Source: Candidatus Micrarchaeia archaeon
GTDB taxonomy: Archaea; Micrarchaeota; Micrarchaeia; Anstonellales; Bilamarchaeaceae
Direction of reading: 5' to 3'
Assembly (NCBI GenBank): GCA_041649555.1
Contig: JBAZMS010000001.1
Location: 119,219-183,218, forward strand
DNA length: 64,000 bases
A program made the position numbers and the translations under genes. The notes beneath the pieces were generated by a model. It was not told the DNA's origin. It did not search any database and was given only the letters and a program-made list of their open reading frames with translations. This document shows, piece after piece, positions 44,740 through 53,296 of this stretch (position 1 is its first letter; every line of letters starts with the position of its first letter).

Positions 44740-46622
44740 TTAAACCAAAAACAATCGCACTTGTTTTAATCCCAATAATTCTTGTAGCCCTAATTTTATT
44801 TTATCCAGCAGGCGAGCCGCAAAAAGATATGCAATATAGCGCAATCAATATTTCTTCTCTTGCAGTTGCAGGAAACCAGGGTTATGTTACCTACTCATCT
44901 GCGCAGGGCGCCCAGGTTTATCTTCTCGCGCTAAATAAAAAACCAATAAAAACTGTTTATGTTTTAGAAAGGGAAGAAGGCATCGGATTAAACAATCTTG
45001 GAAATTTTATGGAAAAACTAAATTCCCTTTCCAGTTATGGAATTGAGGTATCAAAAATTTTTTCTTTGAATGAAATCGGAAATGATGCATTTGTAATTAT
45101 CCCGCAGGGTGCAATGCCGGAAAGTGCGCTTGGATTTTTAGACGGGGATATAACAATTCTATATATTGGAAAAACAGATATTTTATACAAGAACGGGGCA
45201 ATACAAAATGATTGGTATTTTGGGCTTGAGGATTCAAAAAAAGAAAAAATAATCTTATACAATTTTTCCTTGGACGAGCTATATTCACAAGGTCTTGAAA
45301 ATGAATTGATTGATTCGATAATTTTCAACAAGTGGTCTCAAAAATCATCCACTTCCAAAATTTCAAAAGAAGGAATCCAAACAATAATTGTTCCATTTGA
45401 TAATGCAACTTATCTGCGTTTTATCTATCCTTATAAAGATGGGTTCCTTTTTCAGGATTCCCAACAAATTTCTAAAAGTGGGCATATAATAGAAATTGAT
45501 CCGGCGTTTCCGGATGAAACAAGATATGTTTATATGAATCTTGAGAATTCCAAAGGGGTTCCGCATCTTTTGATTTTTTTGGAAGGTGAAAAAATTCTTG
45601 AGGAAACACTTGGAACACTCGAGCAGGATGTTTTTTTCAAATCCCTTTCGTTTAATCAATCAGGGGACTATATCATAAGAATTCAGGACCACACAGGAGA
45701 AATTGCATCAGGAATATTTCATATATATGATCTGGATATAGAATACGAGGGTTCGCGTGATTTTTTTCAGGATTTTTATATAACCCTTGATTTGCAGCCT
45801 GTTTCCTCCCAAACTGCAAAAATCTGGATTTCAGAGCCGGATGATTACCTTGAACTTTCAGTTTATTCTGGAAAACTCAGTGTTCCTGCAAAATTAAAAC
45901 AGGGAGAAAATATAATCCACATACAGCTCTATGGAAAAACCTTTGAAAAGATAATCAACTACCAGCAGCAGAATATCTTTGACATTTATCTTTCATATGG
46001 GCCGTTTGTAGTGCTTGCCATAATCATATTATACTTGTTTATAATTTTTACAAAAAAACAGCCATACCGGATAAAATTTGATTCCGGGCTGAAGCTTACA
46101 TGCGGAGAAGTAAAGATAAAATCAGGCCAAATAAAAAAAATACTCTCCAGATCAATACAGGAATTCGGGGTAGGGGGATGCATAACTCCGAAAGAATTTT
46201 CATTATCATTAAAAAAATATATAACTGACGGATATGATGTTTTGGACGGGAATGCAGAGGCAGTATTAAAATATTTTGAAAAAAAAGGATATCTCTGCTC
46301 CTATAAGTCCTATTATTCCCTTAATGAAAAACAGGATATACAACGAATAGTTATGAACCGGCTGATACGCGAAAAATTAATTGAAAATGGGGTTTCATTT
46401 TTGATTAAGAATGAAGTATTCCAGACTAAAAATTATCTTTTGGTGTTTGGCCCAAGATTTCCAAAAACAGAGAAAAAAACAATCCTTGTTTTTGAAAACT
46501 CCAAAATGGTTTCAGACTATCTGGAATCCTTAGGGCAGAAGCAGGGCGCAGAAACCGCAATAAAAATAAGAAACAATACTTTGTTGTTTTTGGGTCTTGA
46601 AGAGCTTGCTGATTATCTATGA
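44736..46622 (+). CDS. Hypothetical membrane protein (628 aa), translationally coupled to pheS
   Basis: ATGA overlap with the pheS stop. N-terminal TM, large extracytoplasmic region, a second TM (VVLAIIILYLFIIF), and a C-terminal cytoplasmic domain. Confidence 0.55.
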   Translation: MIKPKTIALVLIPIILVALILFYPAGEPQKDMQYSAINISSLAVAGNQGYVTYSSAQGAQVYLLALNKKPIKTVYVLEREEGIGLNNLGNFMEKLNSLSSYGIEVSKIFSLNEIGNDAFVIIPQGAMPESALGFLDGDITILYIGKTDILYKNGAIQNDWYFGLEDSKKEKIILYNFSLDELYSQGLENELIDSIIFNKWSQKSSTSKISKEGIQTIIVPFDNATYLRFIYPYKDGFLFQDSQQISKSGHIIEIDPAFPDETRYVYMNLENSKGVPHLLIFLEGEKILEETLGTLEQDVFFKSLSFNQSGDYIIRIQDHTGEIASGIFHIYDLDIEYEGSRDFFQDFYITLDLQPVSSQTAKIWISEPDDYLELSVYSGKLSVPAKLKQGENIIHIQLYGKTFEKIINYQQQNIFDIYLSYGPFVVLAIIILYLFIIFTKKQPYRIKFDSGLKLTCGEVKIKSGQIKKILSRSIQEFGVGGCITPKEFSLSLKKYITDGYDVLDGNAEAVLKYFEKKGYLCSYKSYYSLNEKQDIQRIVMNRLIREKLIENGVSFLIKNEVFQTKNYLLVFGPRFPKTEKKTILVFENSKMVSDYLESLGQKQGAETAIKIRNNTLLFLGLEELADYL

Positions 46623-47773
46623 GAAGGCTCCTTTTTATTTTATTTTTTTTCCATCTTTGCTTTTCATCATATTTAATTCCCCCAACAGAAGAAATTTTAT
46701 CTTTTAATCTTGCGCATTCAAATCTTCTTGCAGATAATACTCCGGATGGCATTTATCCGACCAAAATAGATCCCATTCCCTACTCAAATATGGGCCTTGT
46801 CCTTGTTTCTCCATCTGTTGATGACAGAATTTCATATAAAACGAATTATCTTTTCTTAACTTACGGGTTTTTATTTTATACGGAGGGGAATAGCCATGGA
46901 TGCCCTCTTGATTTTCAAAACCAGCTGATTGAATATACAATTACATTTTTATTTCAAAACCAGACCAGATCAATTTCCGGTTCTTATGCCTCGTCTGCAT
47001 CCATTCCGACAACCTTTCAAATACCGTTCACTTCGCAAGAACTCTCAACTGCCAATGCAAATGATTCTCTTTTAATTTCTCTTTTATGGCATCATACCGT
47101 TACCTATTCCAAATATATCGAGTATAATGGAAGCTGTATTTATAGCGGAGATGCTAGCTACCAGTCTTCTGGTGCCAATTTCCTTTCCTATATTGTTGAA
47201 GGGGAAAAAACAATTGATTTTCTTTCAAGGCCGATTCTAAAAAGCCAATGGTTTCGAAACAATCATTTTGATTTTTTGGTGTTCTCAAATAAAAACTTTT
47301 ACCGTGCCCAGATAAAAAGAAACGGGCAGGAAACATCTAATTTTTTGCTTTATTCTTTTGAGGTAAATACTGATTCATTTGGCCTTAAAAAAATATCCTC
47401 AAATTATCTTCCAAATGAGTCTTATTCACAGCTTAATCAAATCACCAATCCGTATCCTCTTCAAATGGAAAATAAAACCTATTCTTTTATTTATTCCTTT
47501 AATTCCACTTATGAGGGATATGGAAAAGATAATTTTTCAGTTATCATGACTGATTTTTTCTCAAATGAATATTTGTTTGATTATGAAATCCTTAGCAGAA
47601 TAAACACCTATGATGGAACCTATTCTGAATTTGGGCAAGCGGCTAATATGGATGATGAAACCTACATCCCAAGCCAAAAATATTCTTATGATAATATAAT
47701 TTTTTTTTCAATCCCTCTTTCTTTTCTTGGGGTAATTTTGATTTTTGTTTTTCTCAAATTCAAGTACAATTAG
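46619..47773 (+). CDS. Hypothetical secreted protein with a C-terminal TM anchor (384 aa)
   Basis: ATGA overlap with the upstream gene. Signal-like LLFILFFFHLCFS, a Ser/Tyr/Asn-rich body, and a C-terminal helix. Confidence 0.5.
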   Translation: MRRLLFILFFFHLCFSSYLIPPTEEILSFNLAHSNLLADNTPDGIYPTKIDPIPYSNMGLVLVSPSVDDRISYKTNYLFLTYGFLFYTEGNSHGCPLDFQNQLIEYTITFLFQNQTRSISGSYASSASIPTTFQIPFTSQELSTANANDSLLISLLWHHTVTYSKYIEYNGSCIYSGDASYQSSGANFLSYIVEGEKTIDFLSRPILKSQWFRNNHFDFLVFSNKNFYRAQIKRNGQETSNFLLYSFEVNTDSFGLKKISSNYLPNESYSQLNQITNPYPLQMENKTYSFIYSFNSTYEGYGKDNFSVIMTDFFSNEYLFDYEILSRINTYDGTYSEFGQAANMDDETYIPSQKYSYDNIIFFSIPLSFLGVILIFVFLKFKYN

Positions 47774-48168
47774 ATGTCAAATAGGATCCTTAACTTGGTC
47801 TTTTCATTAGTTTTATCCAAAACAAAGGAATTATATGTTACTGCCTTTATTATATTTTTAAGAGTTCCCGTCTCTCCAAAAATTGTTGCCTCTATTCTCT
47901 TTTTTTCAACATCTATTTTTTTAATTTTTAATTTTTTTGGAATCATAAGCTCTGATTCGCATTCTGACAAAATTTTTGAAAAAAATTCAATAATCATAAT
48001 CTGTTTATCATAACCTGTGGCAGTTATTTCTATTTTTGCGTTTTGTTTTTTTGCCTCCCCCATATTCTTAAACATTATTTTTGCAACCTCGCATATCGCC
48101 TCCTTTAGGTCTTTTCCCTGCCCCTCAATATACAAATCCGAGGTATGCTCTAATATCTTTCCTGCCAT
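47770..48168 (-). CDS. Archease
   Basis: N-terminal ILEHTSDLYIEGQGKDLKEAICEVAKIMF (family consensus as I recall it: EHTAD..i.a.G.tlEE.f), and about 132 aa. Confidence 0.8.
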   Translation of the reverse strand: MAGKILEHTSDLYIEGQGKDLKEAICEVAKIMFKNMGEAKKQNAKIEITATGYDKQIMIIEFFSKILSECESELMIPKKLKIKKIDVEKKRIEATIFGETGTLKNIIKAVTYNSFVLDKTNEKTKLRILFDI

Positions 48169-48219
48169 GTGGCAATAAATCAGGCCATATTTTAAATTCT
48201 TCTGCCAATTTTTACAATC

Positions 48220-49566
48220 ATGTCTTTTTTGGAAGGAGAGAAAATTATAATAGAGGGGGTAATTCTTAGATCCGGAAGCTATAGGGCCGCGACAAACAGC
48301 ATATCTGATGGAAAAAATTTATTTGAATTGATTTATTCTTATCATCTAGAAGAAGGGTCCTGTTTTAGGGTATCTGGAGAAATCGTTAATTTTAGAGGAA
48401 TTCTCAAACTCAAGGTATTGGAAACCGAGCCTGTGCCTAATTCAGTTTATGAAAAAACAGAAAAAAAAGCAATGGATTCTGCACCTATAAAAGAGCAGTT
48501 TATCTATGAAGATGAAACCACAAGGAAGTTAAAAGAAAAGATAATTCTTTTTTCAAGAAAGCTTTATGCTGCTATGCATCTTAGAAAAAACTGCGCAGTC
48601 CGGTTTCACAACGATGGAGATGGAATCTGCGGGGCAATATGCATTAATCTCTTTTTAAAAGGAGAATACATCCAGCAAAATTCTGCAATTTATTCTATAA
48701 GGGATGCAATGAGAGATATTTCCAATCTTTCAAATTCAAAACATCCCCTTTTGGTGCTTGTTGATTTTGGCTCAAATGAAGAAAGTTTTGAAGCGCTTTC
48801 CCTTATAAAATCTGCCAAAATCGAAGTTTTAATAATTGACCATCACCCTGTTTTTGAAAAAACAATGGAAGGTTTTGAAGTATTAAATTTCTGGGAAACA
48901 AAAAATCCACTAAGCTCAAAATATACCGCAGGATATATATGTGCAGAGATTTCACATCTTTTGGGAAATGACTCAACAACCTATGCAAAAATCGCCCTGA
49001 ATTCTGACAAAAGTGATCTTATGGATTATACCCTGGATGAAAAAAATGCCGGGCTTGTATTAAATTATGCAGCAGCGTATTCTTCCCATCAAACCAGCCT
49101 CAATTTTTACCGTTCAATTCTAAAAAATAAAGATCTTTTTGATTCGATGCTCTATCAGGCCCAGGATAAAATTGACCAGCTGGTATCTGTAAGCCGGAAT
49201 CAGATGAAAGAAAAGAAAATCAAAGAATTTAATCTGTATTATCTCAATCTTGGAGCGCTTGTAAAAAAATTTGAGTTTCCAGGTCTTGGAAAATCTGCAA
49301 CCCAAATTTTTGATGCCCTAATTCCAAAAGACAAGCCTTCAATTCTCCTCTGCTACGGGCCAAAATCGATCGTGTTAAGATTAAACGATTTAGCAGTTGA
49401 GAAAGGGGCGAATGCGAACGAAATAATTGAATATCTAAAATCTTCTGCTCCCGGGGTAATTGAAAGCGGAGGCGGGCATATACGGGCTGCTGCAATCAGG
49501 GTGAGAGAAGAGTTTGAAAAGTCAATGATTGATGAAATAATCAATTATCTTGAGAATTTAAATTAA
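48220..49566 (+). CDS. DHH-family phosphoesterase with an N-terminal OB-like fold (archaeal RecJ/Cdc45-like candidate)
   Basis: DHH motifs HNDGDGICGA, LVLVDFGS and LIIDHHP. C-terminal GGGH-like ESGGGHIRAAA. Confidence 0.7.
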   Translation: MSFLEGEKIIIEGVILRSGSYRAATNSISDGKNLFELIYSYHLEEGSCFRVSGEIVNFRGILKLKVLETEPVPNSVYEKTEKKAMDSAPIKEQFIYEDETTRKLKEKIILFSRKLYAAMHLRKNCAVRFHNDGDGICGAICINLFLKGEYIQQNSAIYSIRDAMRDISNLSNSKHPLLVLVDFGSNEESFEALSLIKSAKIEVLIIDHHPVFEKTMEGFEVLNFWETKNPLSSKYTAGYICAEISHLLGNDSTTYAKIALNSDKSDLMDYTLDEKNAGLVLNYAAAYSSHQTSLNFYRSILKNKDLFDSMLYQAQDKIDQLVSVSRNQMKEKKIKEFNLYYLNLGALVKKFEFPGLGKSATQIFDALIPKDKPSILLCYGPKSIVLRLNDLAVEKGANANEIIEYLKSSAPGVIESGGGHIRAAAIRVREEFEKSMIDEIINYLENLN

Positions 49567-50097
49567 TTTTTTTCCCTTCCATTCTGCCTCATCTATTCTT
49601 TTCTTATAATTGGCCCACCTTGCGCAAACAAATAAAAAATCAGACAGTCTATTGAGGTATGCCGGAATTTCTTTTCGTATTCTTTCTTTTTTTGAAAGAG
49701 TTGAAACCCTTCGCTCAGCTCTTCTTGAAACTGTTCTTGCAAAATGAAGTATTGATGACCCGATTGTTTTTCCAGGGATTATAAAATGATTCAAAGGAGG
49801 CATTTCTTTTTCATAACCATCTATCCATTCTTCAAGCCGTTTTATTTCAATTTGGGTTATTTTTTTATAATTTTTTCCTCCTGAAAGTTCTACGCCCATA
49901 ATAAATAATTCTTTTTGAATCTCTTCGATTTGTTTTTTTATTTGCATTTCATCTATTTTGCATCTTACAAGCCCGAGTATCGCATTTAATTCATCAATTG
50001 TTCCATAAGCTTCAACTGCCAAATCGTCTTTGTATACTTCTTTTCCATCGAGAAGGGATGTTTTTCCTCCATCTCCCCTTTTTGTGTAAACAGGCAT
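49558..50097 (-). CDS. ATP:cob(I)alamin adenosyltransferase, PduO/MMAB type
   Basis: N-terminus VYTKRGDGGKTSLLDGKEVYKDDLAVEAYGTIDELNAILG, about 180 aa. Confidence 0.85.
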   Translation of the reverse strand: MPVYTKRGDGGKTSLLDGKEVYKDDLAVEAYGTIDELNAILGLVRCKIDEMQIKKQIEEIQKELFIMGVELSGGKNYKKITQIEIKRLEEWIDGYEKEMPPLNHFIIPGKTIGSSILHFARTVSRRAERRVSTLSKKERIRKEIPAYLNRLSDFLFVCARWANYKKRIDEAEWKGKKLI

Positions 50098-50160
50098 AAA
50101 GAAATATTTGAATTAAAATTAATAAACTTGCCGTTCTTTTAATGATTCTGCAAATTCTTT

Positions 50161-50545
50161 AACCCAAGTCCAATACAAGATTATAAAAGGGCCATATCAA
50201 ACAATAGAAAATTATTCTCCTAATTTCTTTCAAGTTGTATTAGTCTTTTTGTTTTGGGGTGACCACTTAGACCTTTTAACCCAAGTCCAATACAAGATTA
50301 TAAAAGGGCCATATCAAACAATAGAAAGTTGTTATCCTAATTTCTTTCAAGTTGTATTAGTCTTTTTGTTTTGGGGTGACCACTTAGACCTTTTAACCCA
50401 AGTCCAATACAAGATTATAACAGGGCCATATCAAACAATAGAAAGTTGTTATCCTAATTTCTTTCAAGTTGTATTAGTCTTTTTGTTTTGGGGTGACCAC
50501 TTAGACCTTTTAACCCAAGTCCAATACAAGATTATAAAAGGGCTA
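50161..50545. repeat. Tandem direct repeat, 117-bp unit x 3.3 copies
   Basis: Unit starts (AACCCAAGTCCAATACAAG...) at 50161, 50278, 50395 and 50512, an exact 117-nt period. Copies 2 and 3 differ at one position (AAAAGGG vs AACAGGG). Copy 1 differs in an 8-nt patch. The fourth copy is truncated after 34 nt, next to the RNase P RNA 3' end. Confidence 0.95.
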
Positions 50546-50546
50546 G

Positions 50547-50758
50547 TGATGGGAAGCATAGTCTGCCTTCTGTGTGGTTAGGCAACATTCGACTAAGCGG
50601 CGCAAAGGCCTTGCATACCACAGGCAATTCAAAAGCCGTTTCATCCTCAGAGAGGTAATCGTTTCTGTTCTTTTGAATCCGCCCTTAAGGCGTTGCCTGC
50701 ATAAAGGTATGGGCAGAACTTCCTCAGAAGAACTCCGTGAGTTGCCTGCTTCCCATCA
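50547..50758 (-). ncRNA. rnpB: RNase P RNA, unusually compact (about 212 nt)
   Basis: On the minus strand, the P1 5' strand UGAUGGGAAGC pairs with GCUUCCCAUCA, and the P2 strand AGGCAAC pairs with GUUGCCU. A P3 hairpin is present. A CR-I-like GAGGAAGUUCUGCCCAUACC compares with bacterial GAGGAAAGUCCGGGCUCCAUAGG. A CR-V-like ACAGAAGGCAGACUAU-P1' compares with ACAGAACCCGGCUUAU-P1'. P4 forms as UCUGCC/GGCAGA. P5 forms as CAUACC/GGUAUG, with nested helices between its strands. Confidence 0.75.
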
Positions 50759-50777
50759 ATATAATTACTCCTTCAGA

Positions 50778-50790
50778 CTTTTAAATTATT
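50778..50790 (-). promoter_or_regulatory. TATA-like box for the RNase P RNA gene
   Basis: Minus-strand AATAATTTAAAAG is centred about 25 nt upstream of the predicted 5' end (50758). Confidence 0.35.
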
Positions 50791-50870
50791 TCTATTGGAT
50801 ATTCATATTCTTATCCTTATATAAAAAATCACTTTTTAAATGTTTTCAAATAATCTTATCTTGATTAACA

Positions 50871-52235
50871 ATGCACATCTGCAATGAGGATATATTGGAT
50901 TTAATACAACAAGGAAAAACAAATGAACTAGTTAAATTAGGAAGCAGAGTAGTAAAACCCATGATATCATTATTATCACATTCAAGTATGAAAGTTAGAA
51001 ATGGATGTATCGAAGCACTAGCAGAAATAGCGAAAACAGATGAGACCACATTTCAAAGACTAATTGAGGAATTAAACACTCCACGCTTAAACGTTGAACA
51101 ATATATACATGTCAAAAGAGGTTGCATATATGCGTTGGGCCTGGTAGGTGATAAAAGAGCGGCAAAATCTTTGATAATATCTCTTTTACACGGTTCAGAT
51201 GATATTAGAAAAGCCTGTGCAGAAGCATTAGGTTCAATAGGAAATCAAAAAGCAGTGAGTGCATTATTAATACACGCATCGTCAAATCGCTATTTTGACA
51301 TCAGACAAGCATGTGTGATGGCATTAATACATATAGGGAAAAAAGATAGGCACAGTTCCTATGAATTAATTAATGAATTGAATACCAATAGTTCTCTTAG
51401 TATAAAATCTATCTGCGCACGAGTATTAGGGATGATAGGAGAACGCAGGGCAGTAGATGCATTAATAGAAGGATTAAAAAATTCAGATGAGAATGTCCGG
51501 ATATCATGTGAAAAATCTTTAATATTAATAGCAAAGTCTAATGAGAAGACCTTCCAGAGACTAATTAAAGAATTGAAAACCAATCGAAATCGTAAAATTA
51601 AAGAAACCTGTGCAGATGCGCTGGGAATAATAGGGGATAAAAGGGCCGTGGACGTTTTGATAGAATCACTGGATGATTTTTATCGTTTTAGTAGGGAAGC
51701 CGAAGTAACAGTGATAAATGCATTGGGTTTAATAGGGGATCCCAAAGCAGTTACGCCCTTAATAAGAATATTGAAAAGAGATATAAAGAAGACCTCACCG
51801 AACAGCCAGAAGAAAGCCAATAAAGCATTGGTAAACATAGCAAAATTGGATAAAGTTACTTTCTATCTATTAATTAGTGGATTGTTGCCAATAGGAAAAA
51901 ACAATACAGAAGATTGTATAGGAATATTAACGGAAAACACAGATGAAAAAGGATCATGTTTTATAAAAATAATCTGTGAAAGGAGTGAAGAATGTGCATT
52001 AGAAATAGGAATGGAAAAAACCTTGGCAACCATCAAAGAATACATAGGATTCATAAAAGATTATTATACCAAAGAAGAACTAAAAGAAATCCAAATCAGG
52101 TTATATTCCTTCTACAGAAAAACATTTGAAGAAGAATCTAGTTCAAGAATAAAAATGGATTTACCTAAACTAGAGATAAAACCACCAAAGAGAGGCCCTG
52201 AAATATGTGCCAAATTATTGAGGGTAGGATCATGA
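50871..52235 (+). CDS. HEAT-repeat (PBS-lyase type) paralogue A, 454 aa
   Basis: Has the family N-module ...DILDLIQQGKTNELVKLG, multiple ALGxIGDxRAVxxLI/DxxVRxxC repeats, and the family C-module ...GMEKTLATIKEYIGFIKDYYTKEELKEIQIRLYSFYRKTFE...MDLPKLEIKPPKRGPEICAKLLRVGS. Confidence 0.8.
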   Translation: MHICNEDILDLIQQGKTNELVKLGSRVVKPMISLLSHSSMKVRNGCIEALAEIAKTDETTFQRLIEELNTPRLNVEQYIHVKRGCIYALGLVGDKRAAKSLIISLLHGSDDIRKACAEALGSIGNQKAVSALLIHASSNRYFDIRQACVMALIHIGKKDRHSSYELINELNTNSSLSIKSICARVLGMIGERRAVDALIEGLKNSDENVRISCEKSLILIAKSNEKTFQRLIKELKTNRNRKIKETCADALGIIGDKRAVDVLIESLDDFYRFSREAEVTVINALGLIGDPKAVTPLIRILKRDIKKTSPNSQKKANKALVNIAKLDKVTFYLLISGLLPIGKNNTEDCIGILTENTDEKGSCFIKIICERSEECALEIGMEKTLATIKEYIGFIKDYYTKEELKEIQIRLYSFYRKTFEEESSSRIKMDLPKLEIKPPKRGPEICAKLLRVGS

Positions 52236-53296
52236 TTACAAAAGAAGAAGTATTAAAATTAATACAACAAGGAAAAACTGAAGAACTAGTTGCTCTAGGT
52301 CCAGAAGCATATGATACTCTTTTCAGGGGGCTTGCAAATGAATTTCCATCAAGAAGATCTACTTGTTGCAGGGCATTAGTAGAAATTGCCAAAAAAGACC
52401 AAGATGTTTTTGAAAGGTTAATGTCAGATACTTCAGGAAATTATAGTTATACCTCTGTACAACTTAGGATCAAAAAATGCCATCTGTGGATCTTAGGCGA
52501 AGTTGGCGACACTAGAGTAGTCCCATACCTTTTCTCTTTTCTGGACCGTTCGCCCCATGAGTTTGAGGAGAGTATCTCTATTGCACTGGCAAAAATAGCA
52601 AGAACAAACGAAGAAACCTTCCAACGCTTAATTAATGAAATCCTGCATATTAAAGACCGGAAGATAAAAGCTCAATGCAGTTGTATCAGGGCATTATGTT
52701 TATTGAAGGATTCCAGGACATCAGAAGTATTGATCAAGACATTTTCAAGTTCTTTTGATTCTGCTGTTCTAGGCTTATGTGAAAAAACATTGGCAGAAAT
52801 AGCAAAAACAGATGAAAATACTTTAGAACTCTTGATTCAGACATTAAAAAATAATTTAGATCCGAATGTTAAGTTTCACTGTGCAATGGCATTAGGAACC
52901 ACAAACAGAGCAGATTTAATCGATATATTAGTGACTATGTCATTTATAGACAAAGATCTAGATCTTAAGTTTGCATGCACAAGAGCTTTGGGAAATATAA
53001 AAGATCCAAGGGGTCTTGCTTTCAAGAAAGTTATCTATGACAAAGACAAAGATTATGCATTAAAGATGGGAATAGAAAAAACCAGAGCAACCATAAAAGA
53101 ATATCTAGAACTTATAAAAAATTATTATTCTAAAGAAAGGGTAGGTGCGATTAAAATTGAATTACATTCCTTTTTTAGAGAGGTATTTGAAAAGGCAACA
53201 GACTTGAAGCCATGTATGGATTTACCTGAACTAAAGATAAAACCACCAAAGAGAGGCCCTGAAATATGTGCCAGATTAATGACGGTAAGAGTATGA
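52232..53296 (+). CDS. HEAT-repeat paralogue B, 354 aa
   Basis: ATGA overlap with A. Starts MITKEEVLKLIQQGKTEELVALG and ends MDLPELKIKPPKRGPEICARLMTVRV. The start is set to MITK by analogy with paralogues D and F. Confidence 0.8.
   Translation: MITKEEVLKLIQQGKTEELVALGPEAYDTLFRGLANEFPSRRSTCCRALVEIAKKDQDVFERLMSDTSGNYSYTSVQLRIKKCHLWILGEVGDTRVVPYLFSFLDRSPHEFEESISIALAKIARTNEETFQRLINEILHIKDRKIKAQCSCIRALCLLKDSRTSEVLIKTFSSSFDSAVLGLCEKTLAEIAKTDENTLELLIQTLKNNLDPNVKFHCAMALGTTNRADLIDILVTMSFIDKDLDLKFACTRALGNIKDPRGLAFKKVIYDKDKDYALKMGIEKTRATIKEYLELIKNYYSKERVGAIKIELHSFFREVFEKATDLKPCMDLPELKIKPPKRGPEICARLMTVRV

Noticed and set aside
50161-50545. Possible CRISPR array
   Set aside because: The units are contiguous with no unique spacers, the period (117 bp) is far too long, and no cas genes are nearby.
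50249-50581. 110-aa ORF with an internally repeated sequence (FWGDHLDLLTQVQYKII... three times)
   Set aside because: It is simply the translation of the 117-bp (39-codon) tandem DNA repeat. It has no start context, and its 3' end runs into the RNase P RNA gene.
50574-50864. 96-aa ORF on the plus strand
   Set aside because: It lies antisense across the structured RNase P RNA and its promoter. The basic, low-complexity product has no coding support.
52205-52231. Upstream in-frame ATG giving MCQIIEGRIM / MCQINDGKSM / MCQINEDRIM extensions on paralogues B, C and G (also at 53266 and 61539)
   Set aside because: The equivalent upstream frame is closed by stops before paralogues D and F, which start at MITK. 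The extension is a by-product of the conserved 3' end of the preceding gene. The ATGA-coupled MITK start with GGTAGGA/GGATAGGA upstream is preferred.
52165-52392. Recurrent minus-strand ORFs (52165-52392, 53175-53390, 55204-55446, 61484-61687) with similar sequences (...SSVFPCCIN.NTS.FVI...IWHIFQGLSLVVLSLV)
   Set aside because: They are antisense translations of the repeated gene-junction cassette. Their recurrence reflects DNA repetition, not selection for coding, and the plus-strand genes have clear domain content.
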